From an uncultured bacterium (GTDB lineage: Bacteria; Babelota; Babeliae; Babelales; JABCYS01), in the NCBI GenBank assembly GCA_963705705.1, contig CAVPKK010000006.1, forward strand, positions 32,001 through 96,000: 64,000 nucleotides of DNA, given 5' to 3'. A program made the position numbers and the translations under genes. Under the pieces are notes generated by a model. That model ran no database searches and was not told the DNA's origin. It saw only the letters and a list, made by a program, of their open reading frames with translations. Positions 10,311-20,581 of this stretch are shown piece by piece. Position 1 is the stretch's first letter. Every line of letters starts with the position of its first letter.

Positions 10311-12098
10311 TTATAAATATCTGCGGCGACAGGTTTCGAACATCTTTTGCACAATCCAACTGCACATAGATCTACGTGCGCGGTTAGCTCTAGTCGTATC
10401 AACGACTGAACGCTCGCCGATCATAATTCCCTGCATGTCTTCGCCCAATAATAAAGCTTGATTATTATCGGGATCTTGCTGTGCATTACCTAAAGCCATA
10501 ATGTAGCGCACATATTCAGCAGGCATTCTGGGGTAAATGTAATCTGCCACTATAGGCGATAAATCTGGTAACAAATGATTATTCACTGCACGATTAATGT
10601 AATAATTAGTTTCAATATATCTTTTCAAATTGGCTAGTAATGTTGGATTTTTCTCAACATGCGAAAGCATTCCCATTCCGAGCTGGAATGTGAGCGATTC
10701 GGGATGAGCATCCATCGATAGAATGAGTCCAAGCTTTTCACCGCTTTTGCTGGTGTTGACTAAGATCCCACATGTATTACCCCATTCAGCTTTACCGGGT
10801 TTAAGTGATAATTCATCGGCGATAGCTAAAGCCACTGCTAGCGAAGCCCGACACATAATTTCCTTGCAAATATCACCAATCTGGTCTCTGGCATAGCTGT
10901 CAACATATTGATCACGCACTCGATATTTTTCTATATATTCACCCCGTGCCGGATTAAATTTGATTCCCAGCGCTTTTACCAATTTTCGCGCAATAGATGG
11001 ATACTTTTCAATCTGCGGACGGTCAGGAATGCCAAGATTTTTAAATAACGGTTGAGCCGCCGGCAAATGAGCCACGTTACTGAAGATGCTCAGTGTTTTG
11101 AGGACTGTAATAATCCTTGCCATCGATGGTTGTGCAGCTTCATGAACAAGGAATAAATCAACAACCTCTTCATGGCCACCAATTACAGCAAATGTTAAGT
11201 CATCAAAATATATAAATAATTCAATAAATGGTTGTCTGAAATCAAGATCTTCAAGTAGTTCTCTGAGTTTCATTCTCGTGCCCGGATAAATTTCACCGCT
11301 TCTATTTTTTTGCAAAGACCGACAAATATCCTTCATATTGACCTCGACGATGGGGTCAACCATCCATGGGCCAAAAGTTATGGTTTTTGATTGCTTCTTT
11401 CCACCGGGAATGTATTGATCATCAGTCAAAAGCATGGTCACCATTTTTGTATCGCCACGAGCCGATGCTCGCATTAATGGCGTAATCCCTTCATTGGCGA
11501 ACACTAAATGGGACAGCGAGATAATTATCCTCTTTGCTGCCATTGCATCATCCAACTTTGCTATGCGATGATTAAAGTTGAGAAGAACCGAACGCACATC
11601 AAAGAAACTATCTGCAATATGAGCACGAACAAACTCTATATCTCCGTGATCTACGGCTTCAAATAATGTCATTGCAGACTTCACAATAGCAATATGCTCC
11701 AATGCTGTGCTTACCTCAATATAAAGCCCTTTATGAGCCCATTGCTTCAGAAATTTTTTGGTCTCCGCCAGCAAAGCATCGACTCGTTGCTCATAATATT
11801 CTGGGCTATAGGTTGGTCGGTCTGATGCGGATTTAGCATCTGATGAATTAGTCTCGCTATTTTGCGTATTGCTCGGCATTTCACCAATGGCATAGGATCG
11901 CGACGCTAGGACGCTGCTGCTGCTTTCTAAAGATTGAAAAGATTTCTTTTCATCTTCTTGATACTCGTTTTCCTTGTAGTCCAAATCTGCATCTGAGATA
12001 GAATTTGGCACCTGACCAAAATCCTGAGCTGGTTGTTGGGTAGCAGAAGCTAGTCCAGGGATAAGTAGTAGGGTAAGTATTAATTGTTTGTTATTCAT
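10311..12098 (-). CDS. Array member: secreted ankyrin protein, F-box-like motif, CRRRYL tail
   Basis: GITPLMRAS; HLLPDLSPIVADY; close duplicate of 12123..13895. Confidence 0.85.
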   Translation of the reverse strand: MNNKQLILTLLLIPGLASATQQPAQDFGQVPNSISDADLDYKENEYQEDEKKSFQSLESSSSVLASRSYAIGEMPSNTQNSETNSSDAKSASDRPTYSPEYYEQRVDALLAETKKFLKQWAHKGLYIEVSTALEHIAIVKSAMTLFEAVDHGDIEFVRAHIADSFFDVRSVLLNFNHRIAKLDDAMAAKRIIISLSHLVFANEGITPLMRASARGDTKMVTMLLTDDQYIPGGKKQSKTITFGPWMVDPIVEVNMKDICRSLQKNRSGEIYPGTRMKLRELLEDLDFRQPFIELFIYFDDLTFAVIGGHEEVVDLFLVHEAAQPSMARIITVLKTLSIFSNVAHLPAAQPLFKNLGIPDRPQIEKYPSIARKLVKALGIKFNPARGEYIEKYRVRDQYVDSYARDQIGDICKEIMCRASLAVALAIADELSLKPGKAEWGNTCGILVNTSKSGEKLGLILSMDAHPESLTFQLGMGMLSHVEKNPTLLANLKRYIETNYYINRAVNNHLLPDLSPIVADYIYPRMPAEYVRYIMALGNAQQDPDNNQALLLGEDMQGIMIGERSVVDTTRANRARRSMCSWIVQKMFETCRRRYL

Positions 12099-12122
12099 GT
12101 TGGGTCTCCACTTATTGTAATA

Positions 12123-13895
12123 TTATAAATATCTGCGGCGACAGGTTTCGAACATCTTTTGCACAAGCCAACTGCACATAGATCTACGTGCGCGGTTAGC
12201 TCTAGTCGTATCAACGACTGAACGTTCGCCGATCATAATTCCCTGTATATCTTCGCCTAATAGGGTTTGGTAATCATCCGCGCGATTACCTAAAGCCATA
12301 ATGTAACGAACATGTTCAGCGGGCATTCTGGGATAAATGTAATCTGCCACTATAGGCGATAAATCTGGTAACAAATGATTATTCACTACCTTATTAATAT
12401 AAACATTAGCTTCGATATATTTTTTTAAATTAGCTAACAATGTTGGATTCTTCTCAACATGTGAAAGCATTCCCATTCCGAACTGGAATGTGAGCGATTC
12501 AGGATGTGAATCCATCGATAAAATCAGTCCGAGCTTTTCACCGCTTTTACTACTACGGACCATGCCCCCACATGTTTCACTACCCCATTCAGCTTTACCG
12601 GGTTTAAGTGATAATTCATCGGCGATAGCCAAAGCCACTGCCGGTGAACCCTGATGCATAATAGCCTGGCAAATATATCTAATCTCTGTTTTGTTATAGC
12701 TATCAGCATATTCATGAATTATTTCATTTTCTTTTAAGTACTCATCACGAGCTGAATTAAATTTGCTTCCCAGAGCTTTCACCAACTTTCGCGCAATAGA
12801 AGGATACTTTTCAACGTGCTGACGATCAGGAATGCCAAGATTTTTGAATAATGGTTGTGCTGCCGATAAATGAGCCACATTACTGAAGGTGCTCAATGCT
12901 TTGAGGACATTCATAATTCTCATCAGCCGAGGCGATGCAGCTTCATGAATAAGCAATAAATCAACAATCTCCTCATGACCGCCGATTGCAGCTAGCGTTA
13001 ACTCATCAAACTGCATAAATAATTCGGCAAATGGTTGTCTTAAATCAAGATCATTAAGTAACTCTATGAGCTTCATTCTGGTGCCCTGATATAGTTCACC
13101 ACAGATATCTTTTTGCAAGCGCCTGCAAATATCTTTCATATCGATCTCGACCATGGGGTCAACCATCCATGAACTAATGGTTATGGGTTGAGATTGAATC
13201 CTTCCACCGAGGATGTATTCATCATTAGCCAAAAGCATGGCCACCATTTTTGTATCGCCGCGAGCAGCAGCTCGCATTAATGGCGTAATCCCTTCATTGG
13301 CGAGCACCAACCGGGACAGTGTGATAATTATTCTTTTTGCAGCCATTGCATTTGCATCATCAATCTTTGCTATGTGATGATTAAAGTTGAGAAGAACCGA
13401 CCGTGCATCAAAGAAGCTATTTGCTATATGAGTGCGAACATACTCAATGTCTCCGTGATCTATTGCTTCAAACAAAGCGATCGAATTCTTCACAATAGAA
13501 ATATGCTCAAGTGCTGTGCTTACCTCAATATAAAGTCCCTTATTGGCCCACTGCTTCAGAAATTTTTTGGTCTCCGCCAGCAAAGCATCGACTCGTTGCT
13601 CATAATATTCTGGACTATATGTCGGTCGATCTGATCCGGATTTGGCATCCGGTGAATTTGTCTCATTATTTTGTGTGTTGCTGGGCATTTCACCAATGGC
13701 ATAGGATCGCGATGCTGGGACGCTGCTGTTGCTTTCTATCGGAAGAACTTTTTCATCTTCTTTATACTCGTTTTCCTTGTAGTCCGAATCTGTATTTGAG
13801 ATGGAATCCGGAACCTGACCAAAATCCTGAGCTGGATGTTGAGTAGCAAAGATTAGTCCAGGGATAAGTAATAGGGTTAGTATTAATTGATTCAT
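12123..13895 (-). CDS. Array member: secreted ankyrin protein, F-box-like motif, CRRRYL tail
   Basis: GITPLMRAA; HLLPDLSPIVADY; start placed at MNQLIL after GGAG. Confidence 0.85.
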   Translation of the reverse strand: MNQLILTLLLIPGLIFATQHPAQDFGQVPDSISNTDSDYKENEYKEDEKVLPIESNSSVPASRSYAIGEMPSNTQNNETNSPDAKSGSDRPTYSPEYYEQRVDALLAETKKFLKQWANKGLYIEVSTALEHISIVKNSIALFEAIDHGDIEYVRTHIANSFFDARSVLLNFNHHIAKIDDANAMAAKRIIITLSRLVLANEGITPLMRAAARGDTKMVAMLLANDEYILGGRIQSQPITISSWMVDPMVEIDMKDICRRLQKDICGELYQGTRMKLIELLNDLDLRQPFAELFMQFDELTLAAIGGHEEIVDLLLIHEAASPRLMRIMNVLKALSTFSNVAHLSAAQPLFKNLGIPDRQHVEKYPSIARKLVKALGSKFNSARDEYLKENEIIHEYADSYNKTEIRYICQAIMHQGSPAVALAIADELSLKPGKAEWGSETCGGMVRSSKSGEKLGLILSMDSHPESLTFQFGMGMLSHVEKNPTLLANLKKYIEANVYINKVVNNHLLPDLSPIVADYIYPRMPAEHVRYIMALGNRADDYQTLLGEDIQGIMIGERSVVDTTRANRARRSMCSWLVQKMFETCRRRYL

Positions 13896-13918
13896 GTTGA
13901 TCTCCATTTATTGTAATG

Positions 13919-15619
13919 CTACAAATTTCTGCGGCGGCAAGCTTCAAACATCTTTTGCATGACCCATCTAAATATAGTTTGGTTATTGGTATGTATAGCT
14001 TGCTGTGCCGGAATATTTCGTACCAATTGCTCGCCTAACATGATGCATTGCATGTCTTCACCTAGTGAAGGGGCATCATGCCTAGTATTGTCTAACGCGA
14101 TGATAGTGCGGACTTGTTCAGCTGGCAGAGATGGATATAAGTAATCAGCAACGATCGGTGCTAGGTCAGATACCAGATGATTCTTAACGGCATTTTTGAT
14201 GTGAATATTACAGTCAATGTATCTTCTTAAATTCCCAAGCAATTCTGGGTTCCAATTAATATGTTTAAGCAAGCTTCTCGCAAGTTGAAAGGTGAGTGAT
14301 TCTGGATGGGAATCCATAGATAGAATCAACCCAATCTTTTCGCCATGTTTACTGGTGAACTGAAACATATCGATATAAGGGTCAGCCTTGGCTGGCTTAT
14401 GCGATAGTTCATCGGCAATTGCAATTGATACTTCTGTTGAGGCAAATTGCATAATAGCCTTACAAATGTGTTCAAAATATGATCGCCCCCTCGCATCAAT
14501 ATCTGCCCACTTCCTTTGATTCTTGGTATCGATATCTTCCCATTTTATTTGATTTTTTGTTTCGAGAGTCTTAACTAACTTTCTCACAATAGATGGATAA
14601 TTTTTAATCTGGGGCCTGCTGATGCCAAGATTTTTAAATAACGGTTGTGCCGCCGGTAAATGAGCTATTCCGCTAAATGCGCTAAGCGTTCGGAGAGTAT
14701 TCATAATATTATCGCAATCTAGCTCGTAATGTGAGCTTTCGCGAGCAAGCAATAAGTCAACAATTTCCTCATGGCCTCCTATTCCAGCAAGGGTTAATTC
14801 ATCAAAATTTAGGAGTAATCCCAAATGATGACTCAATTTACGGTCCCAAACCAACTTTCTAAGATCCATTTTTGAAGCATGAACACAGTCTTTCCTTTGC
14901 AAACGTGTACAAATATCTTTCATATTGATCTCTACGTTCGGCTCAACCATGCATGAGTGAATCTCTATTTGTTTTGTTGGGTTAGCACAAGCTTCATTTT
15001 CATTGTATTGCTCGTTGCTCAAAAACATTTTCACCATACCTGTATCGCCACGAGCCGACGCTCGCATTAATGGTGTAATCCCTTCTTTGCGGAGCAGTAA
15101 CCGCGAAAATATGGACGCATCTCTTTCTCTTCCAAAGTAATAAATAAAATTAGGAATAACTGAACGCACATCATAGAAACTATCCGTTAGGTGAGTGCGA
15201 ACATACTCAATGTCTCCATGATCTATTGCTTCAAATAAAGCGATTGAATCCTTCACTAAAGCAATATCCTCCAAAGCTTTTCTGACCCATACCTTGTCTA
15301 CCTCTTCCCATGCCAGCAAGGTTTTTCTGATTTCGGTCAGCAAAGCTTCTACTCGTTGCTCATAATATTCTTTACTGTGCGTCGGTCGATCAGAGAAACT
15401 AGAAGAATCTTCGTTAGACTCAGAATTTGACACAGAAACTTCCTCTTGTTGTTCAGAATGCATGCTTGCTGGATCACCAATAGCATACGAGCTAGGTGCA
15501 AGCCTGCTGCTTGCTATTTGAGGAACGTGTTCGCCTTGCTTGAATTCAGAGTGAGCCGATTCTTGGCTCGCAATACCCGATCCAGGGATCAGTAGTAAAA
15601 ATAAGATAAATTTCTTCAT
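13919..15619 (-). CDS. Array member: secreted ankyrin protein, F-box-like motif, CRRRNL tail
   Basis: LLLIPGSGIAS; GITPLMRAS; HLVSDLAPIVADY; ATGA overlap with the upstream gene. Confidence 0.85.
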   Translation of the reverse strand: MKKFILFLLLIPGSGIASQESAHSEFKQGEHVPQIASSRLAPSSYAIGDPASMHSEQQEEVSVSNSESNEDSSSFSDRPTHSKEYYEQRVEALLTEIRKTLLAWEEVDKVWVRKALEDIALVKDSIALFEAIDHGDIEYVRTHLTDSFYDVRSVIPNFIYYFGRERDASIFSRLLLRKEGITPLMRASARGDTGMVKMFLSNEQYNENEACANPTKQIEIHSCMVEPNVEINMKDICTRLQRKDCVHASKMDLRKLVWDRKLSHHLGLLLNFDELTLAGIGGHEEIVDLLLARESSHYELDCDNIMNTLRTLSAFSGIAHLPAAQPLFKNLGISRPQIKNYPSIVRKLVKTLETKNQIKWEDIDTKNQRKWADIDARGRSYFEHICKAIMQFASTEVSIAIADELSHKPAKADPYIDMFQFTSKHGEKIGLILSMDSHPESLTFQLARSLLKHINWNPELLGNLRRYIDCNIHIKNAVKNHLVSDLAPIVADYLYPSLPAEQVRTIIALDNTRHDAPSLGEDMQCIMLGEQLVRNIPAQQAIHTNNQTIFRWVMQKMFEACRRRNL

Positions 15620-16443
15620 TCTAATTCCTCATCTTCGTCATCATTCTCTGGGATGGTTAATGCAGTTTCAGCTACATCATGAGGAATCGATATTAGAGCA
15701 TAGTCAGCAACGATATGAGAAAGATCTGCAATAACATTGTATGCGGCTAACGCATCTATAATTTTAGTTCGAGCCATCCTTAGTTGGTTTGGCTGTTCTT
15801 CAATAAATGACCGCAGCTGCGCATGAATAATTGCATTGCGCTTAATTGCACGGAATAGTTCCATTGTAGTGAAGCTTACTTCTGACTTGGGATTGGCATT
15901 GACTGAATGCAATAGCAATATGCCTAACTTTCTTCCGTCAATCTTCCCTTCCCTGACCATTTGCTGGCCTTTAGTTTCCGCAACATCCCTTTTCCCATCT
16001 TTCGCTTTGCGCCAGTGGAACGCTGAATTTATCTTTAAACGTTGCTTAGCTGCACTGAGCGGAGCAAACATACTAGCCATTAGATGTAGCATTTCGCTTG
16101 ATCCTTCGGTGAAGGATTCATGAATCAAATCCCACATATGGCCACGGTAATCGCCGGTAGTAAATGCGCCTTCGTCTCGAGCAATTCTTAATATAAGTTC
16201 AATTTTTTCTAAATAGTTTAGATCATCAATTTTTGGGTAATACATCTTGAATGCAGTTAAGGCATTTTCATTTGCCTTAAGACAATTGCCCATAAGATTA
16301 ATGACGGCTATGTCTCCTTCAGGAATAATAGAAGCTAATTGGGAACCATCCTTGCAAGGCGACACTATATGAGCAGCAGGTGTTGTTGCCAGGGCTATAC
16401 CAGGCACAAATAATAAGGCTAGGAATAACTGTTTAATATTCAT
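15616..16443 (-). CDS. Array member: secreted non-ankyrin protein, F-box-like motif, acidic tail
   Basis: LLFVPGIALAT; RKLGILLL; VIADLSHIVADY. Confidence 0.8.
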   Translation of the reverse strand: MNIKQLFLALLFVPGIALATTPAAHIVSPCKDGSQLASIIPEGDIAVINLMGNCLKANENALTAFKMYYPKIDDLNYLEKIELILRIARDEGAFTTGDYRGHMWDLIHESFTEGSSEMLHLMASMFAPLSAAKQRLKINSAFHWRKAKDGKRDVAETKGQQMVREGKIDGRKLGILLLHSVNANPKSEVSFTTMELFRAIKRNAIIHAQLRSFIEEQPNQLRMARTKIIDALAAYNVIADLSHIVADYALISIPHDVAETALTIPENDDEDEELE

Positions 16444-16477
16444 ATTTAAACTCCATTTTGAATTGGCTATTGCGATA

Positions 16478-18049
16478 TTATTCTTCGGGAATAGCCAAAA
16501 TGCGCTCTTTCATCTCAACAGGCATGAATAGTAAATGATCGTTGACGATATTGGATAACGCAGAAGGTAGATATATTTCCAGCTCGTGATTGGTTTCTTG
16601 TTGATGCGCATTGTAGTGCTCACGAACATATCGTTTGAGCCGCGAAAGAATTAGTTCACGCCCAGCCTGTGGTAGCCACTCAAGCAATTTGCTTTTTGCT
16701 TTATACACCAGCGATTCTGGATGAGCTTGCGCAGAAAGCAATACGCAAGCTTTTTCAAGGTGATTTTCCCATGCGAAACTAAACGCGACATCGGCACTAG
16801 AATTTATTTTATCCGCGAACGATTCGATTATTAACTGGCAAATTTCAGGTGATGCAATCGGTAGAGCTTTTTCAAACAATTCTTTTTCTTGCTTATCGAG
16901 TTGCAAATGTTCACGCGAAATATCATCTTGCAAACCGAAATATATCTTAAGCAATTTTCGCGCAATGATTGGATAATTTTCGCACTTCGGCTTTTGATTA
17001 ATGCCCACGCTATTAAGAAGCGGATTGACCAAATCAGTCTTTGCGGTGTTGGAATACATTACCAAGTTCTCAAGCGCGACCAAAATTTCACTTAACTGAT
17101 AAAACGAATGTTGCGCTGGCAACCATGCACTGAGGAGCAAATCGACAACATCAACATGTCCAGCAACAGCTGCAGTTGCTAGTCTGTTCCATTTTTGTGT
17201 CTTTCCAAACCTAATGAATTCTGCCAAGGGTGTATTACCAATAGCATCGTTGTGCACTCTTTGGTGTTCCGATTGAGCAAAAGTTGCTATGCCGAGAGAA
17301 TTAATCTCAGCATCCAGGTCCACCATTTCTGGTTTAAGTTCACGTGCTGCCCAAAAACATTGGTTTCCATGCTTTTTTCCATGCGCCATTAATGTTTCTA
17401 AAAGCTCTTTATCGCCGCGAGCTGCAATTCTTGTTTCCAGGTCAAAGCCAGAAACGAAATTTCTCATCTCATGGTAAAACTCAGCGGTAAGGGAGGATGG
17501 TCGTTCTGCAAAATCTCTTTCTCTTTCAATGTGCTTGGCAATATTTAAATACTGAGTTCGTTTGTCACACGTTCCGATGGAAGAATTTTCCCCTTTTAGC
17601 GCCTTAACTGCTTCAATATCCCCACATTCTGCAGCCTCGAATAGTGCGATATCTTCTAGATCGCCTTTAATCTGTTGAGCAATTTTATTGGCTTCTTCGC
17701 TTTTAAGAAATTCGCAATATTCCAGAGCGCCCGCAACAATGGCCTCTGCTCGCTGCTTGTAAAACGCAATGCCTTTATTTGGGCGCTGACCTACAACTAA
17801 CCACCATCCAGCTTTTTGGGGTAGCGGTTCCGGTTGTTTACTTTCGCGGTCAGATTCATCTTCTTTTTTTGGTTCAGCCTGATTGCTCGGCAGAACGCCA
17901 ATAGCATAAGACCGAGATGCTGGCATGCTGCTACTTTCTGCCACACGAGGAGCACGTTCGATTTCTTTGTAGTCAGAATGAGCTGATTGGTGGTTCGTAA
18001 AGGCTAGTCCAGGGATGAGTGCTAGGGTTAGGGATATATATTTAAACAT
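16478..18049 (-). CDS. Array member: secreted degenerate-ankyrin protein, F-box-like motif
   Basis: ALIPGLAFT; PASRSYAIG; LFEAAECGD, AAVAGHVDVVDLLL; YLPSALSNIVNDH. Confidence 0.8.
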   Translation of the reverse strand: MFKYISLTLALIPGLAFTNHQSAHSDYKEIERAPRVAESSSMPASRSYAIGVLPSNQAEPKKEDESDRESKQPEPLPQKAGWWLVVGQRPNKGIAFYKQRAEAIVAGALEYCEFLKSEEANKIAQQIKGDLEDIALFEAAECGDIEAVKALKGENSSIGTCDKRTQYLNIAKHIERERDFAERPSSLTAEFYHEMRNFVSGFDLETRIAARGDKELLETLMAHGKKHGNQCFWAARELKPEMVDLDAEINSLGIATFAQSEHQRVHNDAIGNTPLAEFIRFGKTQKWNRLATAAVAGHVDVVDLLLSAWLPAQHSFYQLSEILVALENLVMYSNTAKTDLVNPLLNSVGINQKPKCENYPIIARKLLKIYFGLQDDISREHLQLDKQEKELFEKALPIASPEICQLIIESFADKINSSADVAFSFAWENHLEKACVLLSAQAHPESLVYKAKSKLLEWLPQAGRELILSRLKRYVREHYNAHQQETNHELEIYLPSALSNIVNDHLLFMPVEMKERILAIPEE

Positions 18050-18096
18050 TGTTTTCCTCCATCGATTCAAAATAGTTTGTAAAGATTATTGCTTGT

Positions 18097-19311
18097 CTAT
18101 ATAAAGAAATTTTTTCTGGCCTGCTCATTTTTTTCGATGAGTGCTTGAGCACATTGCTTACTGCCGCAATATAATTGCGCAATCCGCTGTTGGCATTTTG
18201 GCGGCAACTGCATAATTTTTTCTTCGATCGCAAGCTGCTTTTGCATCGTGCCTAGATGTTCAATATCTTCTAATGCGGCAACTTCTTCTGGTACTGCCAT
18301 TGCAAGAATGCCATTGATAGTCTCGGCAGGGAGTGAAAATGCAGCATATTGCATAATAATTGGGCTCAGTGCCGGAATAAGACGTTGCTCAACATTCTGT
18401 TTGGTTAGTTGAAGCATTCGCGCAAACTTTTTAAAACGAGCAATGGGATGCTGTGTAAATGTTCTTTCATTATTTATTTCAGCGTGATCAACTTCGCAAT
18501 CAAAGGTATGGTGTTGGAAGCGAATCACACCCGGACATATTCGATATACCGTAGTATCGCCAGGATAGAGTAGAAATAATTGGCTGTGCTGAAGATTATT
18601 GTGATCAAAATAAAAATTAAATAATGGGATGCCACCGGTATAAAATAGGCCGCCAGAATTCTCTTGTAGATTTATTTGCCAATGCATTAGAGTGGGGCGC
18701 CAACCTGCAAACACTTCGGCCAAAGCCTTAAGTTTCTGGGGCGTCATGTATTCTTGCTTTGATAGGTTATTAATGAAGTTAGGGTATAACCATTGCAGCA
18801 TGTGTGATCGGGCAAATAGCAGCAAGATTTTGCGAAATAATTCATGTTGATTAGGGCCTGGCTCTTCAAGAAATCTGTCTAACAACTCATTTATATCAAA
18901 TTGTAAAAACTTCGCTTTACCAGCAAGTAGACGGCGGCTCTTTTCTGCAAGCCTTCCGGGCGTCAAAAGATCCCCTTGCCGGTGCACTATTTCAGCCAGT
19001 TCTGCAAAATTAGGGCGTGCCATTATGGCATTTAAACGATCTTGTACATCTTGCAAGGTAGTTATTTCATCAACATCCTGAATATATTCCTCAGTATCTG
19101 AGTCATCTTCATTTTGGTCACTTTTCCTATGAGCACGTAGTTCCTCAGTGGCGTATGATCTAGACATGGGATAAGTCTCATCAGATTGCTGCAATGCAAT
19201 TTCTTTATATTCCAAATCGGAGTCATCTATATCAGAAGTTTGAGCTGGTTGGCTTGTAGCCAATGCTAGTCCAGGGATGAGCAATAAGGTAAGTGATAGG
19301 TATTTAAACAT
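18097..19311 (-). CDS. Array member: secreted non-ankyrin protein with extra F-box-like motif
   Basis: MFKYLSLTLLLIPGLALATSQPAQ; RLIPALSPIIMQY and IMQLPPKCQQRIAQLY; paralogue of 19352..20545. Confidence 0.8.
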   Translation of the reverse strand: MFKYLSLTLLLIPGLALATSQPAQTSDIDDSDLEYKEIALQQSDETYPMSRSYATEELRAHRKSDQNEDDSDTEEYIQDVDEITTLQDVQDRLNAIMARPNFAELAEIVHRQGDLLTPGRLAEKSRRLLAGKAKFLQFDINELLDRFLEEPGPNQHELFRKILLLFARSHMLQWLYPNFINNLSKQEYMTPQKLKALAEVFAGWRPTLMHWQINLQENSGGLFYTGGIPLFNFYFDHNNLQHSQLFLLYPGDTTVYRICPGVIRFQHHTFDCEVDHAEINNERTFTQHPIARFKKFARMLQLTKQNVEQRLIPALSPIIMQYAAFSLPAETINGILAMAVPEEVAALEDIEHLGTMQKQLAIEEKIMQLPPKCQQRIAQLYCGSKQCAQALIEKNEQARKNFFI

Positions 19312-19351
19312 TGTTTTCCTCCATCGATTAGTTATATAAAGCGCTTCTTTC

Positions 19352-20545
19352 CTATACAGACCTGTTGGCCTGCGCATTTTTTTCGATCAATGCTTGAGCG
19401 CATTGCCTATTACCACAATATAATTGCGCAATTCGCTGTTGGCATTTTGGCGGCAATTGCAAAATTTTCTCTTCGAGCGCAAGTTGCTTTTCCATGGTTC
19501 CTAGATGTTCAATATCTTCTAATGCGTCACTTTCTTGTGGCGCTGTCATAGCAAGAATGCCATTGATAGTCTGGGCAGGGAGCACTAATGCAGCATACTG
19601 CATAACCATTGGGGCAAGTGCTGGAATAAGCCGTTGCTCGACGTTCTGCCTGGTTAGTTGAAGCATCCGTGCAAATTTTTTAAGTCGGACAATGGGATGC
19701 TGTCTAAATATTCTTTGATTGTTTATTGCGGCGCGATTTTCACAATCCAAGGTATGGTGCTGTATGCGGGTTATGCCAGGAGATATTGGATCTACACAAC
19801 TTTTTCCACCAAGGAGCAGAAATAACTGACTATGCTGAAGATTATTGTGATCAAAATAAAAATTAAATAATGGTGTACCCCCAGTAGAAAATTTAATGCC
19901 GTTAAGATCAAAAATACCCTCACACTTAAACCTTTGCCAAAACATTGTTGTAGGATGCCAACCCGCAAATACCTCGGCCAAAGCCTGAAGTTTTCGAGGC
20001 GTCATCCACTGTTGCGACGATAATTTTTTAAGGAAATCAGGATATAATTGTTGTAACATATGTGAGCGGGCAAATAGTAGTAGGATTTTGCGAAATAATT
20101 CATGTTGGTCGGGGCCAGGCTCTTCGAGCCATCTGGGCAATAGGTGATTTATATTTTGTGCCAACAACGCCGCTTTAATTTGAAGTTGTTGACGGGTATT
20201 TTCTGCAAGCCTACGTGGCCTGAAAAGATCTCCTCGCCGATCAATTACATCGAGCTCAGCAAAGTTTGCGCGTGCTATTACGTCATTTAAAAGATCTTGC
20301 ACATATTCCAAGATACTTATTTCATCAACGTCGTCATTTTCCGATTCAAATTCATGTTCGTCTTTATCGCTTTTCGAATCAGCATCAATAGCATATGTTA
20401 CGGGATAAGCCTCATCGGATTGCTGGGATACAATCGCCTTATACTCCAAATCGGAGTCATCTACTTCAGAAGCCTGGGCTGGTTGGCTGGTAGCCAATGC
20501 AAGCCCAGGCATGAGTAATAAGGTTAGTGATAGGCGTTTAAACAT
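19352..20545 (-). CDS. Array member: secreted non-ankyrin protein with extra F-box-like motif
   Basis: RLIPALAPMVMQY, ILQLPPKCQQRIAQLY. Confidence 0.8.
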   Translation of the reverse strand: MFKRLSLTLLLMPGLALATSQPAQASEVDDSDLEYKAIVSQQSDEAYPVTYAIDADSKSDKDEHEFESENDDVDEISILEYVQDLLNDVIARANFAELDVIDRRGDLFRPRRLAENTRQQLQIKAALLAQNINHLLPRWLEEPGPDQHELFRKILLLFARSHMLQQLYPDFLKKLSSQQWMTPRKLQALAEVFAGWHPTTMFWQRFKCEGIFDLNGIKFSTGGTPLFNFYFDHNNLQHSQLFLLLGGKSCVDPISPGITRIQHHTLDCENRAAINNQRIFRQHPIVRLKKFARMLQLTRQNVEQRLIPALAPMVMQYAALVLPAQTINGILAMTAPQESDALEDIEHLGTMEKQLALEEKILQLPPKCQQRIAQLYCGNRQCAQALIEKNAQANRSV

Positions 20546-20581
20546 TGTTTTCCTCCAAATGAATTTGCTTCGTAATGAATA

